DNA of 17,327 bases from Acidobacteriota bacterium (GTDB lineage Bacteria > Acidobacteriota > UBA6911 > JACQSX01), in NCBI GenBank assembly GCA_036507075.1, contig DASXQR010000166.1, positions 1-17,327 on the forward strand, read 5' to 3'. This document shows positions 17,178 to 17,327 of this stretch, piece by piece (position 1 is the first letter of the stretch; each line of letters opens with the position of its first letter). The translations under genes were made by a program, and so were the position numbers. The notes beneath the pieces were generated by a model, which was given only the letters and a program-made list of their open reading frames with translations, did not search any database and was not told where the DNA came from.

Positions 17178-17327
17178 AAGCGCACCACGATCACAGAGAG
17201 CGTCAACTTCGAGATTCGCGGTGAATTCTTCAATATTTTCAACCGCACAAACTTCGGACTGGGCGGCACGCCGCCCCGACCGAACGTGCTCGATCTCACC
17301 AGATTTGGTGTCGCGAACGGGCCGCGC
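17178..17327 (+). pseudogene. Orphan 3' fragment of the TonB-dependent receptor gene, containing the right copy of the 118-bp repeat (17210-17327)
   Basis: KRTTITESVNFEIRGEFFNIFNRTNF... An in-frame TAA at 17160-17162 closes the frame five codons upstream. Confidence 0.8.

Noticed and set aside
1..17327. Phage or plasmid genome implied by the terminal repeat
   Set aside because: No replication, partition, structural, integrase or conjugation genes. The content is typical of a chromosome.

Overview
GC-rich bacterial DNA whose gene content and repeat families point to Acidobacteriota (inference). The first and last 118 bp are an exact direct repeat lying in the 3' end of a TonB-dependent-receptor-type gene, so the window is either a graph-cycle/circular contig or a segment flanked by a duplicated gene end. 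Intact genes: a membrane-anchored CadC-like wHTH-TolB-TPR regulator, two large secreted proteins (a BACON-repeat protein with a CFI-box-CTERM-like tail, and an SBBP beta-propeller protein), an acidobacterial PadR plus a serine hydrolase, a CopG/RHH antitoxin, a MEDS protein plus hybrid histidine kinase, and a secreted YncE/amine-dehydrogenase-like beta-propeller. Remnants: a truncated PIN toxin, a truncated second PadR and a receptor 3' fragment. The intergenic DNA is crowded with several families of REP/REPIN/MITE-like palindromes and 6-9-mer tandem repeats, with no transposase or integrase present. The most notable hidden signal is a twin promoter/operator module (TTACTT-17bp-TAC[A/T][G/T]T plus three phased TTGGC-like boxes). 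It occurs once beside the regulator and once, 8.4 kb away, in front of the BACON-SBBP genes, suggesting a small regulon.
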